A stretch of 56,209 bases of DNA, filler included, from Ionaspis alba (taxonomy: Eukaryota): the NCBI GenBank assembly GCA_964255285.1. It is 2 parts of 2 records of this genome, joined end to end, with 100 filler letters (N's around TTAATTAATTAA, not from the genome) between each part and the next. Parts side by side here need not be neighbours in the genome. Positions count along the whole stretch, not along the records: positions 28,167 to 56,209 come from CAXUUL010000129.1; 1 more part is not named here. The stretch is one strand, 5' to 3'. The position numbers were made by a program, and so were the translations under genes. Shown piece by piece: positions 39,361 through 51,590 of this stretch (its first letter is position 1; the number at the start of each line of letters is the position of its first letter). The notes beneath the pieces were generated by a model. The model worked only from the letters and a program-made list of their open reading frames with translations. It ran no database searches and had not been told where the DNA came from.

Positions 39361-39414
39361 GCCATGGCCTAGCATCCCGTGTTCCGATGATATAGAAAGT
39401 TCTTGCCAATCTTG

Positions 39415-40238
39415 TTATACCCTTTCACTCAACCAAATCGCCCCCTTACATCCGCTCCTTATAACATTCGTCAGTAATGGATACCCCTCTGCTTTCTTCG
39501 CGTCATGCTCAACGGCCGTATCCAAATGCTCCAATTCCTCGTCCCTGATCCTCTTCAACGTTCCAACCAACTCCCTCACCTCCTCACCCACCTCTTCCCC
39601 TCTTTCTTCCATATCTCGCATCCATTGCAACAGCACCCTCACCTGCCCGTTATAATGCCCTCCAATCTCCGTCTCCACTGCCTCCGTGCACGCCATCGCT
39701 GCTTTCGGGCCCATTAGCCCAGTCGACCAACCAAGAAGTGTGGAAGCGGCGGTCCAGACGGGTGTCATAGCTGTAGGGCGAATGCGGTGTTTGGCTAGCA
39801 GCTTGTTGAACGTGGCGAAGTGTCCGGCTTCTTGGTCGTACATGTGTTTTAACAGGGGCCGGAGATGCGGATGGGCATGGACGAGAGGAGGAGTCTGCGC
39901 GGTGTAGATGAGTGTTGCGGCTAGTTCACCGGCTTGATTGACTCGGAGCTGAGCGAGAGAGCGTTAGAAGACTCGTGGTCGTACTGATGCTGGGGTTAGC
40001 TTACAGCGCTATCGAGGAAGTCCTGCTGCTCTTGGGAGAGGGGGCGTCGTCGCTTCGCATGCGAATTAGATCCTAAAGTCTTTGGTTTTGCTTCGGATTC
40101 TGGGGATGCAGTTGATGTCGTTATTGGCCGCCGTGCTATACGAGCCAGACTAGCCAGACTGGGAACGAGAAAGTCGTAGAAGGCGGTTCGTTGGGGCAAT
40201 GGTCTTATTAGAGCTCTTAGAGCTGTGGCTGGATTCAT
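39415..40238 (-). CDS. COQ7: 5-demethoxyubiquinone hydroxylase Coq7 (Cat5/Clk-1)
   Basis: Mitochondrial-presequence-like N-terminus; LRVNQAGELAA, MYDQEAGH, AMACTEAVETEIGGHYNGQ and RDEELEHLD di-iron motifs; one intron. Confidence 0.97.
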
Positions 40239-40761
40239 TGTGGCTCTATATCTCTGAGAACTGTAACGGCGACAGAACAGTTGTATGATTACAACAGGGT
40301 AAGAAGACTACGAAGTAACAGCAAGTCATCTGCTTTCTATGGTTCGTTTGGTAATTTTCAACACTCGTCCTCGGAATGCTTCACGCACGTCATCCAGGAT
40401 CCAGCCACCACAATAGCTCGGAAGTAGCCGAACTAGGTCTTTTGATTCAGGCTAGCGCGAACTCAATGCTTGCACGTGCAACGATTATCGACAATAGGAA
40501 TCTCAATAAATACTCACTTCTCCAGTCGACCCTATTCACCTCTGATCTGCTCCCCGCCTCTCCTGCCATATCATTCTCCCATCTCTACCTGAACCACCAT
40601 ATCTTCTCACTTCTCTTGCTGACTTCATCGTGCTTTTTTCGCTTCTACAGCAGCATCGCTTTTTGTAATCTATATTGTCCGAATATCACATCAAATTGAT
40701 CACGCCTTAGATACATATTTCCTATTCCGCTCTACACCTTAGCAGTTCGGCTAGCGCCAAG

Positions 40762-42934
40762 ATGGCCGACCTTGATGCGGAGCTGCTTGCCCTTGCCGGA
40801 GGTGACTCCTCCGAAGATGAGGGAACTGATCAGGTCAACACAACCACCAAGGCCGAGTCGCCTTCATCTTCACCTGGAAGTCCCGACGACATCACCAACG
40901 GAGCATCTACGAGCAAACCAAGTCCAAGCCAGAAGAGGTCAACTAAGATGGCACAAAGCACGAAGAAAGCTACTAAGCAGAGCAGACGAGCCGAGTCTGA
41001 GGAGGGAGAAGCGTAAGTCATGTTCTGGAGTATTCCAAACACTTCACGCTCTTGTCCTCGTCCTCATGACATCTCATTTAGGTCCTCTGGCTCTAGATCT
41101 CCCAACTCACTCGACTCTGCACCGATGTCCGAATCAGAGGCAGAAGGCTCGCAAGCCAGTCGCAGTGACAACGACAGCACCATCTTCCCCATCGAAAACA
41201 AGTTCTATTCCGAAAAAGACAAGGCGGAAATAATGGCTCTGTCCGAGGTTAAGCGCGAAGAAGTTCTTGCAGAGCGTGCTCAGATCCTTGAACGCAAGCA
41301 ACAAGACCAGATTCTACGTCGCCTCTATCAAGGTTATCAAGCAAAGGAAGAGGACAAGTCTAAGTCTTCGGAGCTCAAAAAGCGCAAAGCTGGCAATGCC
41401 GAACTTGAAGAAGGTCAACGCAAGAGTTCAAGGCAGAAGACTACACTTGGAGGCCGAAAGGTTGGAGAGACGTCGAATGCGATCGAAGCCTACAAGCGAC
41501 AGCGCGAGCAGAAAGGTCTTCTCGCTGAGCAGAGAAAGACCGAAGCCGCAGAGAACAAGGCACGAAAGGCCCGTGGATCATCGTCTGTTGGATCTGAGGC
41601 CGATGCAGATGGCGAGAGTGTTGTCGAGTGGGATGATGGAAAACCACGAGCTAGCTCAGAGAGCAGGATACCTGACGACCAGCCTGCCGAGCTCGCAGAC
41701 TTCAACCGTGTTCATATCGGAAGAGACAACTTCGCCAAAGTCTGCTTTTATCCTGGTTTCAACGATGCTATCAAAAACTGCTACGCTCGCATCTCGATCG
41801 GGCCTGACAAAGCTACTGGCGAGAACATTTATCGACTCGCACTTATCAAAGGTACGATACGCTTTTGATGATCGATCATATAGTGCTGACTGAAGACTCA
41901 GGTTTCACCGAGGGCAAGCCATATGCCATGGAGGGTGTAAATGGCAAACCATTCATCACGAACCAATACGCCCTGGTCGCTGTTGGGAGATCCGAGAAAG
42001 AGTGGCCCTTTATCGCCTGTTCCAACTCGAAATTTACAGACGTAAGCAGAACCCACGCTCACACTTCCCCACACCGACCTTCTAACTCTCTCCCTAGCGC
42101 GAATTCGACCGCTACAAACGCACGCTCATCACCGAAAACCTCACATCCCCCACCAAACCCTTCCTCATCTCCAAAATCGCCGACATCAACAACCTCATCA
42201 ACCACCGCTTCACCGAGGAAGAACTCCAAACAAAGCTCAAACGCTCCGGCGTCCTGCAGCACAAACACGATGCCATCGAGCGCGCAGCCCTGAGCCGCCG
42301 CCGCCAAGAAGCCGAATACCGCGGCGACGACACCACAGTCAGCGAAATTGACAAGCAGCTCGCCGCTCTCGAAGGGCCGAAACTAGCATTCGGCACCTCC
42401 CTCTTCAAAGCGGACAAATCTCCTCAGGGCAAAACGCAACAGCAGCGTCTTGGTGATCTCAACCGCGCCAACCGCAAAGCCAATACCGAGAACGTCCGTC
42501 GCGCCCAGCAAAAAGAGCGTAAGCTCGCTGCTCTCAATCGCGCGGCCGTCGAGCGTGGCGAGGCTGTCTCTGATCCCTTTGCGCGCGTCAAGGTGATGGC
42601 GAAGACGCACCACATCGTCGGCGAATTCCTGAACATCCCCAAGAAAGCGGTCACGAAGAGCGGGGAGAACAGCACGCAGGGCAGTCGCGAGGCGACGCCC
42701 AAGCGGGAGAAGGTCGTGAATGGGGAGGCGAAGAAGGTGGGGAATTACTGGGCGAGGATTAAGTGGAAAAAGGATAAGAATCTGGGGTGGGTGAGATTGA
42801 ATCCGGAACCCGCCGAGGAGGAGGTTTTTATGCAGGGTATGGATTGGGGTGTTGATGAGGAGATGGTGGCGAGGTTGGCGAAGGGAGGGTGGATGGAGGA
42901 GAGGAGGAAGTATTTGACGGGGGATGTGGAGTGA
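40762..42934 (+). CDS. RTF1: Paf1 complex subunit Rtf1 (Plus3 domain)
   Basis: MADLDAELLALAG, DKAEIMALSEVKREEVLAER (HMD), Plus3 CFYPGFNDAIKNCYARISIG..YRL..CSNSKFT, DPFARVK; three introns. Confidence 0.95.
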
Positions 42935-43620
42935 GCGGGTCTGAGTTGGTTGTTAGTGTGCTTGGTTGGGACGAAGGCTTGGATTGGGATGGGGGCCTGG
43001 ACGAATTTGAGATGGGTATGTGCATAGCCGTGGTGTTCTGCTCGAGGTGGGCCTCGGATGAACATGGTGAATGGAGTGGATTTGTTGTGGACGGACTTAT
43101 TCGGGCATGTAGGGGCATTGTTTGATAGTGAGGCTGTTTATGCTAGAGCAGTAGATTGGTATGCATTGAAGTCATCCGTTACACTCCTTGTCACTTGAAC
43201 TTGTTGAAAGTTAAAATGTTCATCATTATGACCGCTGTCATGCTCTCCTCCCATGACATTACAGCTGTTGAGAATCCGGCTGCAAAGTCTTTAGTGCGGG
43301 TTTCATTGCACTAGCATAGTTTTTGGCAGATATCTCTCACATTGCAGCTATGCATCTCGCTGTGACTTGGCTATCAGCCACTTATCTATGATACAAAGAG
43401 CCAAGCAACACAAGACCAATCCTAGAACTCGTCCGCAAATCTTATCTGAGAGTCATGGATGAGATTCCCGATCGAGACCGCACGCCCCATAAGCCGCTAC
43501 AAAAAATGTGAAAGCTCGCTAAATGCTCAATCGCATGAACCTCACCCAGCTAAGGGACCGTGGAAAACACCACCTGAAAGGCTCTTAATGGAGTCCCAAC
43601 ACAAGAGACCGAGATGGCGC

Positions 43621-46600
43621 TCAGTCGTGTAGAAACGTGCAGTCATCGCCTTTCTTGCACTTGCCTTCTTGCCAGAACTTGCAAGGGACGCGTGGAACGC
43701 CAAAGAACTGTGAATATCATTAGTGTCTTACTCCACATTTCTGGGACGACGCGAGAAGGAGCGAAGATCAGACATACCTTCTTGCCATTACCCCTTGCCC
43801 GTTTGCCANNNNNNNNNNNNNNNNNNNNNNNNNNNNNNNNNNNNNNNNNNNNNNNNNNNNNNNNNNNNNNNNNNNNNNNNNNNNNNNNNNNNNNNNNNNN
43901 NNNNNNNNAGAAGGAGCGAAGATCAGACATACCTTCTTGCCATTACCCCTTGCCCGTTTGCCATCAGAGTACTGATCGTCGCGGCGCTGATCGTCATACT
44001 CGTAGTGTCGCTTTCGTTCATTTTCGCCCTGGTATTGGCTCTGGTTCTGGTTTTGGTTCTGGTAGCCAAAATTCTGCTGTTGATTGGCCGGCTGGCTAAA
44101 TTGGGCAAGAAGCGCTCGCAAATCTGGAGCTGCAGTCTGGGCAGGTGCAGGCGGGACGTAGTTCATCTGATTTTGATTCTGGTTCTGCTGCTGCTGATTC
44201 TGTTGACTGAACATCGCGATCGCGGCCTGCAGGCTCGGATCGATAGCGGTGGGTTGCTGAGAAACTGGTGCTTGCGGAACAGGTTTGTTACCAGCAAATT
44301 GAGCGAAGATAGCTTCGAGGCCGGTGGGCTGAGACGGCTGAGGTGGCTGATACTGAGGTTGTGGAGCCTGCGGTGGTTGCGGAGCCTGTGGAGCTGGCTG
44401 TTGAGCATTCAAAATCTGCAGTAGAGCGCTGATATCGGGGGTTGCAGGCACGGGAGGAACTTGTTGGTATTGAGCGCGCGAAGACTGGGGGTTTTGCATG
44501 GCATAAAACTGAGCTTCTCGGATCTGCAAGGATGGTGAGTAAAACACAACAACACGTTGGCAATCGCAGCCTACCTTAGTCTCCTGTGTTGGATCACCAA
44601 ATGGACGCTCAGTAGACGGCTCGCCCGAGTAAGGATTCATCGGCTCTCGTGGCGAAGACGGTATGTCGGACAGTAATGAGTAAAAAGCCATCAGTGTCGT
44701 TAATTCTCGTTGTTCCTGGACAGCTCGCTCAAGACTCTTAACCTCAACATTACCACCACGTGTTTTGCAATTACGAGCAAGCTCATCAGCTTCCACAACG
44801 CTAAAATCGACCGCTACTATCGTTAGCAGACAACTATTGTAACGATTTTTGTGAGACTTGCCTGAAGGTAGAAACCAGGGAACCAGAGTCTCTTCCCCAG
44901 CTATACCATCCTCATCGTCGTCTGTTTCAAGCTCTTTATGCATCTTTAACATACGACCTTCTCCACCTACGTCTCCAACATCACGAATCATACTGTCGTC
45001 GTGGCCTAAATCCTCGTCTGGGTCGTGGACGAATAGTCGGATCTCGGTTAGGGTATCGTCGGGCTTAAATGAAACGCGTAATTTACGGCGTTCTTCCTTA
45101 CGAACGCGTTTCTTTTTCTCCTCTTCGGTCTCTGGTGGTCCACTATCTGCTACCTTTACTGTTGAAGGGACTTCCTTGGGTTTCGTCAAATTGGCCATAG
45201 TTTCTGCAAAGGAGAAGCTAGGCTTTGGTGCAGGGGCTGCCGGAGCCGAAGGAGTTGTCACCTTTCCATCCGATGATTTCTTCGAGTCGGTTTGCTGTGT
45301 CTGTTGCGCCGCTTTCTGTGCGGCGATGGAAGTTCCGGGCTTCTTCGAGGCAGATTTCAGGCTTGAGAATAGTGATGATGGTTTTGGTACGACATGGTTG
45401 ATTTTGATCTTTGCTGAGGGATTGCTAGAGGATGAAGTAGGAGCTGTCGCCTTGCTCTCCGTTTTGGCTGGCTGGGCCCCTTTACTTGTTGCCACTGCAT
45501 TCTTCGCCGTTGAAGCTGGAGATGGCTTTGATGACGAGGCAGCAAGCGTTGGCTTCTTTGTGGCTGGTACTGCAGGAGGTAGACTTTCCCGCGGTCGTTT
45601 CACGCCGTTGACTGGGAGTGGAGCCGGACCATTGCCAATTGCTGAGCTTGAAGTTGCTGTCTTTGATGCTGTTACGACTCCTGTGCCAGTGTTCCCCTTT
45701 GCCTTTTGCTTCGAAAGTGCTGCTGCGTTGTCCAGTACTTTCTGCGCAAGACCTTTGATCTTCTCGTTGCTTCTCTTAAGCAGCTTTGGGAACACTCTAT
45801 CCAGCTTTGTCTTTTCCAGTAGCGCAGTATCGACAGTTGTGCACCGTGTCATGAGCTAGAAGAATATCAGCATTGCACCCTGGCTTAGGATTGAGAGGTG
45901 TATACTTGAAACATGTTCGCTATCAATGGCGCGTCGTAGTCGCTGTCCTTGATACGATCGGCGATGAATTGATAGAAAACGAGGAACAAATTGGGGTTCT
46001 CTCCTAGTCTATTTAACGGTCAGCGGGTCACTTAAGGTCATAGTTGGAAATGCGTGTCAGATGCATTGGAATAGTTTCTGGGCTTCTTTCCGCACTCAAT
46101 GCGAAGAATCAATCGTCTCAAAGTCGACCTTTCATATAACTGCGTTTCAACCATGTTGGATTGCACGCAAGGCAGATAGCTGCAAGGCCAGGGCCATCGA
46201 TCTATCTGACAAGTCTGCAAGACAGCTTGACAGGCAGTCCATGGAGACTGCATTTCTGCGAAGTGCGTGCGTGACTTGCTGGAAAAAGTAAAGTCACACA
46301 CTACAACTGCCAGAGAATGTACAATATAGCCACATTTCCTCGACATCGCGTATTCATTGTCTACGACATTGACAGCAGACTTGAAACTTAACGTTCCAAT
46401 ATCCGAATCTCTCTTTGCTGTAGTTCTACGATGTGGCCAGTCCACGCAGACCTCGTGGTTGCGACGACAAGTGCCAGGACGAGCGCAAGGATCAAAGGGT
46501 AAGGATTGGGAATCTGGGGCGAAAGGAGGAGAAAAGAAAGAAAGACGTACCTTTCAACAATATCTCGATGCCCATGCACTAATGTCAGCGAAAGTACATC

Positions 46601-48111
46601 TGCCAAAAGCTGGCCTTGCTCAGCGGCGCGAGCTTTGCGTTGCGCTGCCTGATGTTCGTCCTTCTTCTCTTCAGCCGCCTGCATTGCCACTATTTCGACT
46701 TTCCAAGCATCTCGAATTCCTTTGACAATCTTCCAGTATTCACCAAGCGCTGTACGGATAACGACACCAGGGAGGTTGAGCCTCTTCTTAGACCACACGC
46801 ATTTGATGACATCATACTCAATCGCTTTCCTGGGGTCAATTGGCCGCTCAGCAGGTAATGGCGATGGTTCTGAATCATCTTCCTCGTCATCTGCGGAATC
46901 GTCGTCCGAGTCATCATCAGAATCTGCTTCACTTGCAGACGCCGAGGAATCTAAGTCGATAGTCTGCGTTGCTGAAGATCCGCTCGTTGACTTGGACGTG
47001 GTGAGTTTCAATCTCTTCAGCAGGGGCCTCTCTGCTGGATGCCACGGGTTGTTTCCCTGGTCTGAACTGGATTAGCGATGTGCTTCCGAATGGTCTATGG
47101 TAGAGGAAGAAAGGAAAGCTACCTGTTTGGATCTGTTGCTTGATCTCCTTGGCCGATTTTCGAACCGGGACCTTGGGCAATAGCACTTGAGAAAGAGTCA
47201 GCGTCGAACATTTTCCGTGTGAATCAATGTAAATTACCTTTGGGTTCCCCATCCTCCTCGGTGGTGGCCCCCAAGAAGATGAAGCCAGTGAATTTGGCGG
47301 ATCCAGTGGCCTTCGACAAGGCGGAAGGATCTTTGACCACTAGATTTCCTTGAGGTATTCCAATTGGGATTTTACGAGACCTCGAAACTGACTGTCCACT
47401 GTACTGCGACCGAGCGGACCCTGCACCTAAAGAAGATCCTCGATAAGCGAGCTGTCCTCCTGTACGGAGATCTGAAGACTATCGATCTCAAATTCAGTAT
47501 GCGTTACGGATGCGAAGGCCTCGACGACTTACCTGGGTCTCGTCTTGAGCCGGCAGCGGTGGATAATCATAACTCTGCAGGGCGGAAGGAGAGATGGTTT
47601 GCTCTTGAATGCTGGGACGACGTTCATACTGTTGCGGTCTATGTTGCTCAAAGCCAGAACCGTTCATCAAGGAAGCGCTACCAAAAGAAAGTTGCGGATC
47701 GAATGCGGGGCTAGTAAAAGAATGCTGCTGGCCATTGTTGAAAGCAGAATAATCGAATGCATTCGGGTTTCCAGCGAAGTCTTGGCTATAGTTCGTTGAC
47801 TGCAGTCCGTAGGAAGGCGTTTGCAGCTCGTTCGCTGATTGTAAAGAGTTATGTTGCCACGATGTTGAGCCGTGAGCGAAGCCGTTAGATTGAATTCGAG
47901 GATCAATGATAGAATCAACATCCCACGGGGGATTAAACGATGAGCTTAAATCGTTGTTGAACATGGACTGAAAGTCATTATTCTGAGATTGATTACTAAA
48001 GCCATATGCTCCTCCTCCGCCCAAGGGTTGATTCTGCACATCATGATGTTGAGCCTGGTGTTGTTGAGGTTGTTGCCCATGCGCCTGGTTCTGTCGCTGC
48101 ATTGGATCCAT
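43621..48111 (-). CDS. PNUTS/Ppn1/Ref2-like PP1 nuclear targeting subunit (TFIIS-N-like domain, RVxF, C-terminal CCCH finger)
   Basis: TND-like LLEKTKLDRVFPKLLKR..IKGLAQKVL; KLRVSFK..LTEIRLF (RVxF followed by a PhiPhi-like motif); last exon VPCKFWQEGKCKKGDDCTFLHD-TGA at 43621; many introns, including one of 542 nt. Confidence 0.82.
43809..43908. other. Scaffold gap (100 N) with 55-nt flank duplication; false gap at the last intron donor of the PNUTS-like gene
   Basis: 43754-43808 is identical to 43909-43963. Collapsing them gives a normal GTATGT..CTAAT..CAG intron. Confidence 0.9.
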
Positions 48112-48963
48112 GGTTGCCTCGAGGGTTTCGAAGGTCTGTGCACGCGCTTATTCTGCAGACCAATCCTAATCGCGTAAGGACGTGCTCACTTCGTGGCTCG
48201 CTTAGGATTTGGCGGAGGCCTGTCACGTGATGATAGAGACAGAGATCTCTTTGGGGCCTGAGGAGGCAGAATGGGGGACCGTAGCTATGCTGGGCTGCGA
48301 TAGAATCTCCTCTTTGAGTAAAGAGCAGGCAAGCTGATGTTCTTGTAATGCCCGCCAATCAACTTCCACACATTAATGTTTCAAAACGGCAGACAAATGT
48401 GTTTCCAGCACTTATTCACGTTCTCCTCAGGGTCATGACAGGCTGATGATTACCGCGGATTCGTACGAGTGCCAAAGGTTGACCATCCACATTTCCAGTT
48501 TCTCACCCCCGTCCGCGACACGACTCCTAACCAACACGACCCTACCTCACCGAAAGCGAACTCAAGAGTACGACCATTCAAGAGTATGCCTATCAGTGAT
48601 TAAGCGATTAAAGGTAGCTGCAGACGCTTTACTATGATGCTCTTGAGTTTGGGAAGTGGTGGTTGTGATGATGAGGAAGAGTGATGGGGAATGGAGACGA
48701 GTGAGGTGGAAAAGAACGTTTTGCGCGCAGTCGAATTTAAATTCTGGCGCTAATCCTCTTCAGTAGTAGATCGTCTACGCCTCCGTTAGAGCTCCGCGAC
48801 GCTGAACACGAAAAGTTGCCTACAAGACTGTAAATTGCTGACGAGGGCCAATGATAGTGCTTTGGTGTACTTTGCAGTGAAAACGATTTCCCTGTGCTCC
48901 TGTCTCATTGTATTTGGCGAATCAAGTGTCTGACTATGCGTGCGGAGCCTTGATCGGTCCAAT

Positions 48964-51314
48964 ATGGTTTCTCAACAGCAATCGCTCAGAGATCGCCAAG
49001 TAGGTAGGCCTTTCCGTGGTATCATGAGGCAAAGCTTCCCAGACTGACGAGCGCATCGAACAGCCTCTATCGAGAAGATTCTTAACCTCAACCACGCAAC
49101 CCCCGAAAGCTCCTCAACGCAGCACGATGCCGCTGCTTCCAGCGGCCTCATACCTCAAGCCACCCCGATCCTCAATTCGGATGGAGACCCAATATGGAAA
49201 GTCCTAGTCTTTGATGATCTGGGACGAGATGTCATCAGCAGTGTATTACGGGTTAATGATCTGCGGGGTTGGGGTGTGACGATACATTTGTAAGATCAAG
49301 CTGTCAACGGCTGCTCCTGAGGCAATAGAGCTGATCTAGAGGCTAGACACATCAATTCCCAACGTCATCAAATACCTGACGTTCCAGTCCTATATCTCGT
49401 CGAACCAACAGCGGTCAATTTGCAACTCATCGCCTCCGATCTCTCCCGGAACTTGTACTCCGAAGCATACATAAACTTCCTCTACTCCATATCGAGACCC
49501 TTGATGGAGGATTTTGCAGCCCAAGTCGCGGCCTCGGGAACATCAGAGAATATCACGCAAGTCTATGATCAATATTTGAATTTTGTGGTTGGGGAGCCGG
49601 ATCTGTTCAGCCTGGCTATGGGCAAAGAGACGTACTGGGCCTTGAATAGTGCGCAAACCAGCGACGAGACATTAGATGCGGTGATCGATCGGATTGTTAC
49701 GGGTCTCTTCAGCGTAGTGGTGACGATGGGTATGTCAGATCTTTATGCTCAAATGCAACCATACTGAACACAAGATTAGGGGCTATTCCTATCATACGCT
49801 GTCCAAAAGGGAACGCCGCGGAGATGATAGCGACTAAGCTCGATCGGAAGCTACGAGATCATGTCCTCAACTCCAAAGACAACTTGTTCACGAATCAAGG
49901 ACAAAGACCATCTTCAGCTACTGGCACCTCGTCCTCGAGACCTGTTCTTATCATCTTAGACCGCAGCATCGATCTCATTCCCATGCTCTCTCATTCATGG
50001 ACCTATCAGTCTCTAGTACAGGATGTTCTCAAGATGCATCTTAATCGAATCACAGTTGAATCGCCTATTGATGAAGCTAACCCCGCCAAAGGAGTCACCA
50101 AGAAGTCCTACGACCTCAATTCCAATGACTTTTTCTGGTCACGAAACGCAGGGGTACCATTTCCCCAAGTCGCTGAAGACATCGATCTCGAGCTCACCAA
50201 GTACCGGGAAGAGGCTGAAGCCATCACCAAGAAGAGCGGCGCTGCTTCCCTTGAAGACCTTCAGAACGATACTAGTGCTTCAGCGCAACATTTGAAAGCA
50301 GCAATCACATTGTTACCTGAGCTACGAGAACGAAAAGCCACACTGGACATGCATATGAACATTGCCACTGCACTGTTGAAGGGAATCAAAGATAGACAAT
50401 TAGACAATTATTACCAGATTGAGGAGAATATTACCAAACAGAACAAGTCCCAGATGCTCGAGCTCCTCAACGATGAGGCCAAAGGAAAGGAGCCACTGGA
50501 CAAGTTAAGACTGTTCATCATCTGGTTTCTTAGCACTGAACAGCCAGTGTCGAGAGCTGAGATGGATCGATTCGAAGAAGCCCTGACAAAAGCTGGAGCT
50601 GACATCACTGCACTAACATACGTCAAAAGGTATGTATTGCCCAGTGTCTATTAAGTAATTCCAATTAACCAATTGTCTAGAGTCCGCGAAATCACCCGAA
50701 TGACGATGATGACCTCCGCACCGACACAGCCAGCACAGCAATCTGCTGGCAACGAGATCTTTCGCGGCTTCAGCTCAATCAGCAATCGTTTAACCGATCG
50801 CTTGAAGGACGGCGCTCTAGGTGCCAACTTCGAGAACCTGATCTCCGGCGTCAAGAACTTCCTACCCGCAAACAAAGACCTGACTCTCACCAAGATCACA
50901 GAATCCATCATGGATCCTGCATCCGCTTCGTCCTCAGCCATCGCGAAAACAGAAAACTATCTCTATTTCGATCCGCGGTCGGCTAATGCGCGCGGCACGA
51001 TGCCTGCAGCTTCACAGGTCCGCCATCAGCAATCTGGTATGCCTGGGAGCCTTGGTGGGCTTGGAGCTGGTTCCCAGGCTAGCTTCGGGCAGAGGCGACA
51101 GGGCTTTAGTGAGGCGATCGTTTTTACCGTTGGTGGCGGGAGTATGGACGAGTATGGGAACTTGCAGGATTGGGCCAAGCGGACTGGTGGAGGTGGTGCT
51201 GGGGTGGCCGTTGGTGCGCCGAGAAGGAGAGTCGTGTATGGGAGTACGGATTTGGTCAATGCTGAGGACTTTGTGATGGGGGAGTTGGCGAGGTTGGGTA
51301 AAGAGAGCGGCTAG
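48964..51314 (+). CDS. SLY1: Sec1/Munc18-family protein Sly1
   Basis: [81 protein letters not shown]; four introns. Confidence 0.97.
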
Positions 51315-51590
51315 TATTGCGCATTGATGCTGCATCTCAGGCTTCTGAAATCGCCTACTACCAATTCATCCTGCCATAGTTCCTCGTGCTCTACGCAATT
51401 TTTTAAATTTTGCCAGGAATCCAAGACGGAAGGCTAAGGTAAAATAAATAGAAAATTTCGCTTAGTATTACGGGGCACTTTCCCCGCGAAGAGCATCGAT
51501 CAATTGATCACCTTTGCAGCCAGAAGTCCGAACTTTGGTGAATTCTAGGTCCTTCCCTGAGATTCGGCCCACGACCTAACAATATTACGA

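Noticed and set aside
44858..45859. 333-aa plus-strand ORF, and similar long antisense ORFs over other genes
   Set aside because: Shadow ORFs of real genes on the opposite strand, with no motifs.
48444..48500. TGATGA followed by ATTACCGCGG (complementary to a conserved 18S rRNA segment), suggesting a C/D snoRNA
   Set aside because: No CTGA D or D' box at a suitable distance, no terminal stem, and only a 10-nt match.
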